From positions 14,530-78,529 of the forward strand of contig CAYYSJ010000001.1 of the NCBI GenBank assembly GCA_964474445.1: DNA of 64,000 nt. The letters run 5' to 3'. Positions 1 to 13,045 of this stretch are shown here, piece after piece. The stretch comes from an uncultured Gammaproteobacteria bacterium (GTDB taxonomy: Bacteria > Patescibacteriota > Microgenomatia > Levybacterales > UBA12049). The translations under genes were made by a program, and so were the position numbers. How positions within the stretch are numbered: position 1 is the first letter of the stretch; each line of letters starts with the position of its first letter. Below the pieces are notes generated by a model, which searched no databases, was not told the DNA's origin, and was given only the letters and a program-made list of their open reading frames with translations.

Positions 1-619
1 ATAACCATATCTAATCGAGAAAAAGAAGACAGAGAAATGTTATCTTCAATTTTTCTTGAAATTATTTCCAATAGAAATAACAGATTGCATTACAGTACAG
101 GAGGATTGCCATTTTTGTTATATATATTGATTCTTGTGTCAACGTTTATGGTGATACTGTTATCACTATTTATAGCTGTAGATAATGTTGTTATCGACTA
201 TATGTTTACTTCATCTATTGCCATTCTGGCATTCTTAATAATTACCATAATAGATGATCTCAATCATCCTTTCAGACCGGGTACATGGCATATTTCAGCT
301 AAGAAACATAGTAAGTTATTAGGTAAAGTTAATAGCTTATAAGTTCGATTAACTGATATCTTAAGACTAGATTAATCCTCTAAACACCCGACAAATGAAA
401 TTGGAAGTACAAAGTTATATACGACCTACTGATATAGTTATTAACTTCGTGATAACTTCCCCACTCAGGGTCTACAGGAATTACTTCTATCGTACTTGCT
501 TATAGTAGTTTGAAGACATGCCAGATGCCTCCAAACAAATTAAAAAGTAATATGACCCTCTTCTTTACCAGAAACGACATGAAATCCAACCAGAAGGAAC
601 AGCCCGCTCTCAACATCCT

Positions 620-1327
620 TCAATGTTGATCTAATACGGTGACAAACTGCAAAATATTAATATGAGACCACCTAGTGATGTCTTTTAAACATTGTTTTGT
701 CACTTCTTCTTTTATATCTACAGGAAACTTTGTTGCAAAATAACTTCCATCTGGATAACGGAGAACGGGATTATCGTCCCGTGTTTTTATACGTGCGATA
801 ACTGGAGACATAAGAATTGATCCTTTGACCTTTTCTTGAGGTAAACCAAGTGCCTCTGCAATAAAAAGAGCAGCTGATATAGCAGTGCTATATTCCTCAG
901 CGTATTCTTTTGCACCCTCTGAAGAATCCGTAACTTGAGTAGTTGCAAATCTCGGAAGGCCAATTGTGGGAGGAACAACTATCTCACCTTGGTTAACTAT
1001 CGCAGCAACAACTAATTCACCTAATGTAGTTCCTCTAAAAAAATCCGCTCCATCTTGATAATAAGTACGTCCCCTATCTCTATTTTCTCTCCATAAAAAT
1101 CCTCTTTTAGGATCAGTATAATTTGAAAGTCCTTCCTGTGAAATATCTGTGTGTTCTATTAACTTCATTAATTCGCTGGACCTCCAGGCAATTGACTCTT
1201 TTTTCGTTTGGGTAAAAACTAGAGTAGGTCCCTCAGAATCTAACCCGGGCAAATCTATAGGGACCGTAATAGAACCTACTTCTGTTTTACCAACTCTAGC
1301 AAAAAAACCTGTTCGACGTTTTCTCAT
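620..1327 (-). CDS. hypothetical protein (235 aa)
   Basis: Long ORF in the six-frame track; divergently arranged with 1563..2330; no family motif I can assign from sequence. Confidence 0.35.
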   Translation of the reverse strand: MRKRRTGFFARVGKTEVGSITVPIDLPGLDSEGPTLVFTQTKKESIAWRSSELMKLIEHTDISQEGLSNYTDPKRGFLWRENRDRGRTYYQDGADFFRGTTLGELVVAAIVNQGEIVVPPTIGLPRFATTQVTDSSEGAKEYAEEYSTAISAALFIAEALGLPQEKVKGSILMSPVIARIKTRDDNPVLRYPDGSYFATKFPVDIKEEVTKQCLKDITRWSHINILQFVTVLDQH

Positions 1328-1562
1328 AGAGGGATTATATACATTATTTATCTTTTGCTCAAATTTAGAAGTATATTTCTTCTATGTGAAAAGTGTCCAA
1401 GTAAGGGTTCGAAATAATTTGTATCGCCCGCTCAAGCTAATCTCTCTCAGAGCTTCGAGGTACATTTCTTCAAAATACATAATAAAATCATATGGTGCGA
1501 CTACCTTAATTATAAAATCCTATAGTTGACTATAATGGTTATAGTATGATATACTCCTCCCT

Positions 1563-2330
1563 ATGGTTTTTGAAGCTAATTTTCGACAAAAACTTACAAG
1601 GCAAGAAGCACGTGGTCTAGAAGCTACGAGAATTACTTCTCGAAATGCTCAAGTAGATGGTTACTTCTTTGGAATGCATACAAGATACAGATCTTATGAT
1701 AAAGATGATGAAAGGAGTATAAATCCTCTTGTCCAAGCCCTTTCTTTAAAATCTAGTGCAAATGAAAGCCAGAAAAGGGAAACACGAAGAGTAAGAAGAT
1801 TTAAAAGAAGGTGGAGACATTTAGAAAAGAAAAAAAATGGTTCTATAGTAAGTCAAATTGCTAATATTATAGACAATAATGAGCAAGGTCCTTCTTTTGG
1901 TAAAGGTTTAGTAGGCTTATTTGACGGATATATTTATAAACGAATAGAAAAGTTTCAAATTGGAAATAATTTCAAAATTGATCGGTCTCGATCATTTAAA
2001 GTGGATACAAAAAACAGAAGTGTGACGAAACTCTATGTAGGAACTAAACGTTATGTTAGTCACAGCGACATAAATAATGCAACAGGAGAAGTCACCAGTC
2101 GCTTAGATTCAGGCCATCTTGCAGAGATGAGATTGAGACCTTTTGGAAGAAAAGTCACTGTATTAAAATTAGATAGATACTCATCAGACTATATTACTGG
2201 ACAGTTTACACAGACAGAAATTGATTTTGCAGAAAGAATGTCAAAATTAGATATTGTTGTGATTAGTTCGGAGGGAGAGTTAGTAGAAGCAAATAAACCA
2301 AGAAGAAGGACTTCTGCATACGACTTTTAA
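1563..2330 (+). CDS. hypothetical protein, Arg/Lys-rich central segment (255 aa)
   Basis: Long ORF; basic stretch KRETRRVRRFKRRWRHLEKKK; no recognisable domain. Confidence 0.35.
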   Translation: MVFEANFRQKLTRQEARGLEATRITSRNAQVDGYFFGMHTRYRSYDKDDERSINPLVQALSLKSSANESQKRETRRVRRFKRRWRHLEKKKNGSIVSQIANIIDNNEQGPSFGKGLVGLFDGYIYKRIEKFQIGNNFKIDRSRSFKVDTKNRSVTKLYVGTKRYVSHSDINNATGEVTSRLDSGHLAEMRLRPFGRKVTVLKLDRYSSDYITGQFTQTEIDFAERMSKLDIVVISSEGELVEANKPRRRTSAYDF

Positions 2331-2508
2331 GCATCCTGAATATCCAAAACCATAGTAACAGCAGCTATATTTTTTGAATTCTTTGTCTTGGATATTTCGT
2401 TTTCATATTCTAAGCCTTATTATACATCGATGATCCAAATCTATGAGTATATAAGCAAATAAATTTAAAGGAAGTAGAGCTGCCCTTGTACCAAAAATAC
2501 ATGGCGAT

Positions 2509-4062
2509 TTGTTGTCAAAATTAACAATAATTGAGATAATAAATAAACTCTGTTATATGACATCTGAGCAGTACGGCATACATAGTAAGCCAACAGCCAT
2601 TCCTATTGAATCATATAAAGGAGCACCTCATTCCCCAAACCAGATCAATAGAACATTTTTCAGAAAAATGTGGTCAAGCAGACTTCAACTAGGAGAAAAA
2701 CTCAAAAGAAAAAATGAATTTGGACTTTTTGATGGTGAGCATCCTGCTCATGCTGCTTTGCGAGCTTTGGAATTGAATACAAAACAGCACACCTTGCCTG
2801 ATAAATCAACTCATCTCCAAACGGAAGCGGGCAATAGACACTTTCATGCAACATGGGTCGTGGATCATGCGAAAAGTTGGCCTTCATTGTTGTCTTTAGC
2901 ACAAGGTGAAATTGTTGTAGATGGACAAACACTTACTTCACCCACTATTACAATGGATACGCTTGCTAGTCAGGTAAAAGATCTCAGTCATGTTTCTGAA
3001 AGAAATCCAAAAAAAACAGTATATACAGGAGTATTAAGCAGGGATAGCAAGCATATTGAAGGCGTAAATATCCCCCATGATCGTGCAGACAGCTTGCCTG
3101 CGCTTATTTACAACATTGCTCTTTTACAACAAGAAGGACGGGACTTATTTGCCGAAGTCCCATATTTAATGACAACAGTGAACGATTTTTTGGAAAGTTA
3201 TATCAAAGACTATACGCTTGGAAAAGAAGATGCATATAATCCAAAAGGTGGAGACTGGGTTGATACAGTAAGACGAAAATTTCCGACGTGGAATGTTTTG
3301 TGGCAATTAAAAATGCAGCAAATTATTGAAGGTTGGCAACAAAAAGGGATGGAATTTGATGCACTCAAACATCATCCAGAGTTTAATTCTCAAACAACAA
3401 CGGATTTACTGACTAGAGAATATATCCATGACGAAAGAAATGGTGGGGATGGGCAACGATATCTTATTGATTACGCAGGAAAAGATGTATGTAGTACTGA
3501 TGCGAATGTATTAGCACTCCAGCTTGAGTTATTTGATCCAAAGATGCGCATGGATATAGTCCATGCATTAGAGGGCCGGCCTGAGTTGTTTGCCCTTTAT
3601 CCTATGCTTATGATGCATATTCCCTATACTAAGCATGGTCTTTCTCAATCACTCGTTGCGAGACTCGGTTCTCGACGCTACCACAGTGTTATTTGGCCGC
3701 ACATGGGAGCTATGTACATCCAAGGACTCCTCAAGCTTGCAGAACACGATCCTGAACATAGACAAGAACTATTAGATTATGCAACTCCCCATCTAAAATC
3801 TCTTAACGAGTGTATTGAAAGATTTGGATTTGCAGAAACAATTGATCCAAAGGGAAAGTCATTCAATCCTAAAACAGGAAGATTTGAGCCGGGAGATTAT
3901 TATAAAACGCTATTTATCCGTTCGGAAAATCCACTCACCATGTTTGCTGCGAATTATTTGGGAATTTATGCTATTGCTCAAAAAATGAAAGAACAAGGAA
4001 TAGCAGTCGACATACCTACCATTATGACAGACAAGAAGCTGGAGCATGTCACAGCAGTATAA
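2509..4062 (+). CDS. putative (alpha/alpha)6-barrel glycoside hydrolase-like protein (GDE_C/GH63/GH100-like), 517 aa
   Basis: 517-aa ORF with no signal peptide. Overall resemblance to six-hairpin glycosidases (neutral invertase/debranching C-terminal type), but no diagnostic catalytic motif confirmed. True start may be the internal Met at ~2557. Confidence 0.35.
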   Translation: MLSKLTIIEIINKLCYMTSEQYGIHSKPTAIPIESYKGAPHSPNQINRTFFRKMWSSRLQLGEKLKRKNEFGLFDGEHPAHAALRALELNTKQHTLPDKSTHLQTEAGNRHFHATWVVDHAKSWPSLLSLAQGEIVVDGQTLTSPTITMDTLASQVKDLSHVSERNPKKTVYTGVLSRDSKHIEGVNIPHDRADSLPALIYNIALLQQEGRDLFAEVPYLMTTVNDFLESYIKDYTLGKEDAYNPKGGDWVDTVRRKFPTWNVLWQLKMQQIIEGWQQKGMEFDALKHHPEFNSQTTTDLLTREYIHDERNGGDGQRYLIDYAGKDVCSTDANVLALQLELFDPKMRMDIVHALEGRPELFALYPMLMMHIPYTKHGLSQSLVARLGSRRYHSVIWPHMGAMYIQGLLKLAEHDPEHRQELLDYATPHLKSLNECIERFGFAETIDPKGKSFNPKTGRFEPGDYYKTLFIRSENPLTMFAANYLGIYAIAQKMKEQGIAVDIPTIMTDKKLEHVTAV

Positions 4063-4150
4063 CTACTTTACCGTCATTTATTCATTCAAAGCATTAAGCA
4101 TGCCAAAGCCCAGTGGACAATGAAAAGTAATTGTTATACGCTATCACTAT

Positions 4151-4429
4151 ATGTCTGAGCAACAACCACCGGTTCCCCAATCACCTTCTGTTGATGAATC
4201 TCGCCCAAAACCTGGGAAAGGCGGAAGGTTCACTCTCCGATCATTACCAGAGGAGCCTGCTCCTCACCCTCTTCAAGGTAATCGGTATCACCAAGAAGAA
4301 CCTCAATCTCCAATACGCGAAAAACTTTTTGAGGGCTTAAAGACTGAAATGGAGGGAGATACGGAAGAAGTTGGGGCGTGGGAACTTCCTGGTTTGAAGG
4401 AGCTAGTAAAAGAATACGAAAATAAATAA
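4151..4429 (+). CDS. small acidic Pro/Glu-rich hypothetical protein (92 aa)
   Basis: ORF with low-complexity, likely disordered composition; overlaps an alternative-frame ORF (4131..4340), so coding status is uncertain. Confidence 0.25.
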   Translation: MSEQQPPVPQSPSVDESRPKPGKGGRFTLRSLPEEPAPHPLQGNRYHQEEPQSPIREKLFEGLKTEMEGDTEEVGAWELPGLKELVKEYENK

Positions 4430-4537
4430 AATATTCAGTTGCATTATCCTCTACATATACTGTCTTCAAATAATGAAATTGAGGTTGTTTGTAGATAGTC
4501 TTTATAGAAAAAATAAGGTAAAAGCGATATCATAGTA

Positions 4538-5302
4538 ATGATGAACTTGAAAAAAATACTTACTGCACAGCTTTTACGAAAAGTTCCCGAAGTTATTATT
4601 TTCTTTTGGATTGTCAAACTCCTTACCACTGCAATGGGAGAATCAACTTCTGACTACTTAGTACATCATATTGACCCTGTTATTGCTGTTATTTTAGGTG
4701 CTATAGGGTTTTCAATTGCAATTGTGTTTCAATTTTGGGCAAGAAAGTATATCGCGTGGATTTATTGGCTTGCTGTTACTATGGTTGCAATCTTTGGAAC
4801 TATGGCTGCAGATGTTGTTCATATTGTGTTGGGTATTCCCTATTTCGTTTCAACGATATTTTTTGCTGTTGCTCTTACCGTTATCTTCATTGTTTGGCAC
4901 AAAGTGGAGAAAACACTCTCCATTCATAGTATCTCAACTCCCCGGCGAGAATTGTTTTACTGGTTAACAGTCATAACGACATTCGCCCTTGGTACAGCTG
5001 CAGGAGATATGACTGCTGTTACATTCAATCTAGGTTATCTCACTTCAGGCATACTCTTTGCTATTTTATTTGCAATCCCACTTGTTACATATAAAGTATT
5101 TCGGCTGAATGAAGCATTTGCTTTCTGGGCCTCATATATAGTTACAAGACCACTTGGAGCTTCATTTGCGGATTGGTTTGGGAGGACACCGGACTTAGGT
5201 GGTATTGGTTTTGGAACTGGACGAACAAGCATTATCTTAACTGTTCTTATTATCCTTTTTGTTGGATATCTTTCAATCACACGAAAAGATACCAAACGCT
5301 AG
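4538..5302 (+). CDS. polytopic integral membrane protein (about 6-7 TM), 254 aa
   Basis: Multiple long hydrophobic segments (e.g. VIAVILGAIGFSIAIVFQFW, LAVTMVAIFGTMAADVVHIVLGI); family uncertain. Confidence 0.5.
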   Translation: MMNLKKILTAQLLRKVPEVIIFFWIVKLLTTAMGESTSDYLVHHIDPVIAVILGAIGFSIAIVFQFWARKYIAWIYWLAVTMVAIFGTMAADVVHIVLGIPYFVSTIFFAVALTVIFIVWHKVEKTLSIHSISTPRRELFYWLTVITTFALGTAAGDMTAVTFNLGYLTSGILFAILFAIPLVTYKVFRLNEAFAFWASYIVTRPLGASFADWFGRTPDLGGIGFGTGRTSIILTVLIILFVGYLSITRKDTKR

Positions 5303-5510
5303 TTCTCTATTTTATAAATTTTAGGATGTCCAAAACAAGAAAAGTTTCCCCGTGCCACTAATTTCGAACGCATGTTATTGAGAGTGACAAAGAATATAAA
5401 CCTCATTACCTTTTAGGCATAACTATTCCGAGTAGACTCCAAAAAGAAATGTTTGCATTTGTAATGGTATTTGCTAAAAAATGGTACTAGTATATAAAGG
5501 AATAATTAAA

Positions 5511-5744
5511 ATGCCAAGATTTGGAAGAACTATATTTAACAAGATATTGTCAGCAGGTACACCTATTGTTGTTCATAGTCCAAAATCTCAACAGAGACGT
5601 GATGGTTTGGGTACTGACCCAGGATGGGTAATCGATACTTCAGATACTGCTGTAGACAGAGCACAAAAAAAATTTGAAGCAAAAGAGGCAAGAAGAAATG
5701 GGGGTCGAGGATTCTTAGGATTTCCCAAGCCTTGGAGAGGTTAA
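5511..5744 (+). CDS. small basic hypothetical protein (about 77 aa)
   Basis: Internal ATG at 5511 (MPRFGRT...) preceded by AAAGGAA, a Shine-Dalgarno-like sequence; the track ORF begins at 5481. Confidence 0.3.
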   Translation: MPRFGRTIFNKILSAGTPIVVHSPKSQQRRDGLGTDPGWVIDTSDTAVDRAQKKFEAKEARRNGGRGFLGFPKPWRG

Positions 5745-5837
5745 TTAACCAAATTTGCTAAAATCTCCCAATTTTAATGTAAAGAATACTCGATGTCTAA
5801 GACGAAAACATCTTTGTGGATCCCAAACAGAATGAGA

Positions 5838-6338
5838 TTATTTTAGGTTCCGCACAAATCGTTGTCCGACCAGTTCCATGCCAAAAATTTTTGGTAAATT
5901 TGCTATCATTCGTTGTTGAGCACCCGAGCTCATCTCTGCCACTCCTCCAACATCAATAACCTGTCCCATGGTAAGCCGCTGCCACGGAGCATCTCCACTT
6001 GTTATTATTGGCATAATAGCATCCCGGATTACTTCTGGACTCTTAATGCCAACGTGAATTGATTTACCCCGTCTACCGCCAAAAACTTCTTTCATTTCAA
6101 CAAGCTCGAGTTCTTCTGCATGGCTTATAAAGCGTGCAGTATACCCTGGATGGCCGTGGTATAAAATCGTTACCTGCAAGCACTCTTCCAAAGACGTCTC
6201 ATTTGCTCGGCCAAACTGCATATCAACCGATAAGTCCGGCAAGTTTAAATACTGCCTTTCAGACCCAATTGGACGAAGGTGTTGTTGAAATCGGGATGAC
6301 TCTACCTCTTGTTGAAATAACCGCGCGCGGTCTAACAT
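5838..6338 (-). CDS. hypothetical protein (166 aa)
   Basis: ORF with no signal peptide; weak MOSC-like feel but no motif confirmed. Confidence 0.35.
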   Translation of the reverse strand: MLDRARLFQQEVESSRFQQHLRPIGSERQYLNLPDLSVDMQFGRANETSLEECLQVTILYHGHPGYTARFISHAEELELVEMKEVFGGRRGKSIHVGIKSPEVIRDAIMPIITSGDAPWQRLTMGQVIDVGGVAEMSSGAQQRMIANLPKIFGMELVGQRFVRNLK

Positions 6339-6516
6339 AGGCTTGTAGTTTACAATACCCGTGCTGAGCTGTCAATGGAAGTTGAGTAGTTTTAGAATGG
6401 AATCTTTCCGTTTTTAACATTGGTCATACTTCAGGCGTTTTGACCACCTTGGCTATTCTGCTATATGGTAGAGAGGAAGAAATCATTCTACTTCGCTTGA
6501 TTGAAGGACATTCTAA

Positions 6517-7071
6517 ATGGTGTTATCATTTTGTCTCATGAGTTATTTGGATTCATGGCAGAATTTTTATATCATCACAGGTTCAGCAGCGGCAGGACTT
6601 ACCGGACTCATGTTTGTGGTGATTACTTTGGTCAAAAGTGTTCGAAGTAAAGTCTCGGAGGAGATAATTGCGACATTCACCACCCCCACTGTTGTACATT
6701 TTTCCCTGGCATTTGTCATGTCAGTACTTCTTAGTGCTCCATGGACAACATTTTCATATCTCATCCTTTTACTTTGCCTTGTTAGCATAGGAGGATTTAT
6801 CTATGTCGTTATTGTGGCAAGGCGAATGAAGAGAACAACGGATAACCCAGTAGTTGGAGAGTACACACCAGTTGTTGAAGATTGGGTATGGTACGTTATA
6901 TTCCCACTTATCTTATATACAGCATTTTTTACTGGTGCAATTCTTCTTCCAATGAACCCTTCCCTCATACTATTTGGCATTGGTGCTGTATTAGTACTTT
7001 TAGTATTAGTCAGCATTCATAATGCGTGGGATAGTGTTGTATATATTGTTACGGGAGTGAACAATCAATAA
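6517..7071 (+). CDS. integral membrane protein (about 4-5 TM), 184 aa
   Basis: Hydrophobic helices throughout (GLTGLMFVVITLV, ILLLCLVSIGGFIYVVIV, ILFGIGAVLVLLVLVSI). Confidence 0.45.
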   Translation: MVLSFCLMSYLDSWQNFYIITGSAAAGLTGLMFVVITLVKSVRSKVSEEIIATFTTPTVVHFSLAFVMSVLLSAPWTTFSYLILLLCLVSIGGFIYVVIVARRMKRTTDNPVVGEYTPVVEDWVWYVIFPLILYTAFFTGAILLPMNPSLILFGIGAVLVLLVLVSIHNAWDSVVYIVTGVNNQ

Positions 7072-7219
7072 AAAACGGTAGTATTCTTGGAATACTGTTT
7101 TGCGAAGGTCTAGGATGATAAGTGTTTACTTTTGACAAATATATACACTCCCATCACTTCAGCCACAACAACAATGGAAAGATAGTCTGCCATAGACCGA
7201 TAGAACCCTGAATAAAAAG

Positions 7220-7936
7220 TTGCCCAATAACCCTGCACCTCTCACAAGAGTAGTAAGAATACATATATTAATCACCTTTCACCTAAATTTTACAAAAGAT
7301 AGATATACACAGTATATGGAAGGTAACAGAGTTGAAGGAATCCCAATCGTTACATCTGAAGTTGTTGGGGCTGCGTTACGAAGAAATGCATACTCGCGTG
7401 AAGATCTCCATTGGATAAACAACAAATTGTCTCTCATAGAACCAAATCTTTCAGATTATATATGGAGAAATACGGTTGATGTATTATCTGAAAATTTTGG
7501 TTTTGCTTTAGGTTATGGAATAACAGGCGGATTTGGTAAAAGGCGTGAAAGAAGAATTGCTCAAAATATTGTATTACATACTGTTGCTCTTTTAGCAGAT
7601 CAGGCTGGGTACAATAAAACTGGGAAGTTTAATACTCTTGCCCTTGATGAATTATTGCCAGTCTATTCAATGAGAAAAGACATATTTGCAGTTCTTAGTA
7701 GAGAAAAAGAGGAAGAAAAAAAATATCAAACAGCACGTCTCTCTATCACGGAAAGGTTGACCCGGATTAATAATCCACTTTTGGCAGAAGAAATTGATCA
7801 GATGTCCGGTTATGGTACTCGCTGGCAACGGTGGAGTGAAAGAATAGTACCAAGAGTTCGTCGTTTTCAGGCTGGATATATAACTACTTATGGAGTACTT
7901 GCTGCTATTAGTTTGCAAGCACGGTCACTAGGTTGA
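7220..7936 (+). CDS. hypothetical protein (238 aa; start may be the internal Met at ~7316)
   Basis: Long ORF downstream of the atp operon on the opposite strand; no domain recognised. Confidence 0.3.
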   Translation: MPNNPAPLTRVVRIHILITFHLNFTKDRYTQYMEGNRVEGIPIVTSEVVGAALRRNAYSREDLHWINNKLSLIEPNLSDYIWRNTVDVLSENFGFALGYGITGGFGKRRERRIAQNIVLHTVALLADQAGYNKTGKFNTLALDELLPVYSMRKDIFAVLSREKEEEKKYQTARLSITERLTRINNPLLAEEIDQMSGYGTRWQRWSERIVPRVRRFQAGYITTYGVLAAISLQARSLG

Positions 7937-7958
7937 CGGAAACTTCGCACAGTTTTCA

Positions 7959-8251
7959 TTACTGTTTGTTCTCTGGTTTTGGATTGTCCAGGAGTGCTTG
8001 AACACCTAAGAGAATTGTTACCTTGTCTTCTGTTACTGTCATGACCCCTAAATCAACAGGAAATTTTCTTACATCCGCTCCCATGTGCAGTGTAAGTTCT
8101 TTCGTGATGATTGAAATAAAGTTTTCATGCAGGGGCAGGATATCTAACGGACCAAAAGTGTTAAAGGTTGAAATTGCATCAAGTGTTCCTTCAAACAGTA
8201 TAGAAGAAGGATCTTTTATCAAAACAGTGAGTGTATATGTTGTCTCTGCCA

Positions 8252-8252
<1 letters not shown>
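7959..8252 (-). CDS. atpC: F-type ATP synthase epsilon subunit (short form, N-terminal beta-sandwich only)
   Basis: 97-aa ORF immediately after atpD (start overlaps the atpD stop by 1 nt); beta-sandwich-like sequence and the canonical operon position. Confidence 0.7.
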
Positions 8253-10502
<2,250 letters not shown>

Positions 10503-10512
<10 letters not shown>

Positions 10513-11957
10513 AGTTTTTGTAACTCCTCTTTTCTGCTATCAACGTTTTTCAGAAGCTCTGTAAATGTTTTGGCAGTGATAACGCTTTTTATAACATCAC
10601 GTGTTTCTTGTTGCTCTCTTTTTGCAAGTAGTTTTGCACGATAGTTTTCAATGTCCTCAGGTTTTATGACATCGATCCATAACATCGCAAGCATCAACAA
10701 TTGCACTTCCTGAGGCAGCAACTCTCCAGGAGATTGAGTAAAGAATCGGTAAAATTTCTCTCCACCTTCCATTACCTGTTTCATTTGTTCATTCATCTCA
10801 GCACCAAAGTGTGAGATATTTTGGGTTTTCTCATAGAGTGTGAGCAGTGCAAGTAGTTCTCTATTGAGTGACCTTTCAAGATCACTATGTACTTGCTTTC
10901 CAACACGAGTCACAGAAAGCGTGCTATTGATTGCCGGACGCCTTCCCTGATACAAAATGTTGGTATCAAAGAAAATATGTCCATCGGTCATACTCATAAT
11001 ATTTGTGACAATATACCCGGTTACATCTCCCTCTATTGTTTCAACAACAGGAAGACAGGAAATAGCAACTTCTTTTCCTTTCACCAGAAAATTTCCCGCC
11101 CGCTCAAGCAATTTTGCATGGGTGTAAAAAATATCTCCGGGATATGAATCACGCCCGGGAAAATTCTTTGCAACTAAGGAAATCTCGCGATAAAACTTTG
11201 CATGCGTTGATAAATCATCAAAAATGACCAATGTATCTTTCCCCTGGTCTTTAAAATACTCCGCAATGGTCATTGCTGCGTAGGGTGTAAGAAAAATAAG
11301 GCTTGGGGAGTCATAGGAACTTGTTGCAACCAGAACAACATTGTTTGCGTGCATTTTTTTGAATAAAACGCTTTCTAAATCTTTTAAATCACTTCTTTTT
11401 TTGCCAATTGCTGCATAAATAACAATAGTCCCTTGTTCAATTTGTTGAGTCAATGTATCCAAAAGGAATGATGTTTTCCCGCTTTTCCTATCGCCAATAA
11501 TGAGCTCCCTCTGGCCTTTTCCCATTGGGATAAGCATGTCGACAATGCTTGTCCCTGTATGTAGTGGCTGCTTGATTTTTGCGCGGGCAGAAATCCCTGG
11601 AGGTTCTGTATGAAGAGGTCGAAATTCTTTCGACGTAATTGGTGAATAATCTTTATTCAATAGTTCTCCTAACGGATTTATTGCCTTTCCCAGGAGTGAT
11701 TCACCAACAGGAATGGTAATAATTTCTCCGGTACGGGTCAGTTTCGTTCCCGTGAGTGAGGGCTTTTTTGAGAAACTGAGAATGGTTGTTGTTGTCTCAT
11801 TCATGCTGAATACTTGTCCGACTGCTCCGTCTTCAAAAAGAATCAGCTCGTCCGGTTTAACAGATGGCAACCCTTCAGCAACAACAAGCGGATGGTTAAC
11901 CTCGGTAACAACGCCGTATTCTCCGAGTGAATCTAAGTATTCTTGAAATGTTTTCAT
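10503..11957 (-). CDS. atpA: F-type ATP synthase F1 alpha subunit
   Basis: Walker A GDRKSGKT; alpha-type N-terminal beta-barrel; 484 aa; the canonical operon position. Confidence 0.95.
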
Positions 11958-12418
11958 AGAAATGTTTGCAATGCTTGTTGCGCTTTCTTTCTTGCAGAGT
12001 AATCATAGAATTTACCATTCACTGAAAATGTTATGCCGGCAATAAGTGTTGGGTCCTCTTCATAGGCAAGAAGAAATGGGTTTTTTACTATGTCTTGTAT
12101 CTGCTCATACATACTATCAACTGTTGAAGGAGAAGGAGCAAATGCAATGGTACAGGAAATCACGGGAAGTTGTTCTAAAAATGTTTTTGCCTCTTTTGCA
12201 AAGGAAACAAGCTTTTCTTTTTGTGTCGTATCAACACTATTTGCTTGGCAAACGTTTTGAAAGAGGTGAAGTGTATCAGGAGAAAAAGCAGATTGAAGCG
12301 TTGCAACTGTTTCATGTGTCTTGTATTCCATATTCACGATCTCAGATAACAACAACAGCAGTGCTGCTGCTTGTTCCTGTGTCTTCACATTGTCAAACGA
12401 AATTGGTGTTGAGGTCAT
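11954..12418 (-). CDS. atpH: F-type ATP synthase delta (OSCP) subunit, short (154 aa)
   Basis: Operon position between atpF and atpA (4-nt overlaps on both sides); OSCP-like C-terminus LIAGITFSVNGKFYDYS. Confidence 0.65.
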   Translation of the reverse strand: MTSTPISFDNVKTQEQAAALLLLLSEIVNMEYKTHETVATLQSAFSPDTLHLFQNVCQANSVDTTQKEKLVSFAKEAKTFLEQLPVISCTIAFAPSPSTVDSMYEQIQDIVKNPFLLAYEEDPTLIAGITFSVNGKFYDYSARKKAQQALQTFL

Positions 12419-13044
12419 ACGGTAAAAATAGCATCATGTTTTGCTTGCTCTATCGCTTTTTCAATGATTGCTTCATGGTCTGCAAGAGAGATACTTTTCC
12501 CAAGGACTTCTGCTGCTACTTTTCTTGTCAGTTCTTTGACTGCCTCATCAAATTGTGCTTTTTGTGCTTGCTTGTATTGTTCCAGTTCTCTCTTTGCTTT
12601 TGTGAGTTCATCTGCGAGTTCTTTATCAATCCGCTCTTGAGCACCTGTGAGTGAGGAATGAAGACTATCCGTGTAGATTTCCAATTCTTCTGTTGCTGCT
12701 TTCTCAAGGTTCTCCTCAATCACACTTAATTCTTTTTTATACAAATCAAGCGCAGTAATAGTCTGTTCTCTAAGTTTTTTCTTCACAGCATCCAATTCTT
12801 CTTTCTGGATGAAACTGCCCTTTGCTACTAGATTCTCTGCTCGTCTATTTGCTTTTTTGAGGATTGCAATCGCTTCTGTATGGGCTTTGAGTAATATTTT
12901 TTCATATTCTCTGAGAACATCTGATTCTTTTGTAAAAATTTTTCGCTCTTTGCTATATACAAAAGAGAAAAATGCGACAATACAAAGAAGTATCAGAAGG
13001 ACTCCAAAAGGAAGAAATGTTTGTGTCAAAAACACTAATTGCAT
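12415..13044 (-). CDS. atpF: F-type ATP synthase Fo subunit b
   Basis: One N-terminal TM helix followed by a long charged coiled coil (EELDAVKKKLREQ...); position upstream of atpH. Confidence 0.75.
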   Translation of the reverse strand: MQLVFLTQTFLPFGVLLILLCIVAFFSFVYSKERKIFTKESDVLREYEKILLKAHTEAIAILKKANRRAENLVAKGSFIQKEELDAVKKKLREQTITALDLYKKELSVIEENLEKAATEELEIYTDSLHSSLTGAQERIDKELADELTKAKRELEQYKQAQKAQFDEAVKELTRKVAAEVLGKSISLADHEAIIEKAIEQAKHDAIFTV

Positions 13045-13045
13045 A

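Noticed and set aside
37-342. ORF 37..342 (101 aa, hydrophobic) at the window start
   Set aside because: Low-complexity Ile/Leu-rich translation in a very AT-rich stretch with no clear start context. Cannot be distinguished from a spurious ORF.
12291-12297. Isolated TGCAACT heptamer inside atpH
   Set aside because: Single half-site matches of a 7-mer are expected by chance (about 8 per window). Only the full 15-bp palindromes are treated as significant.
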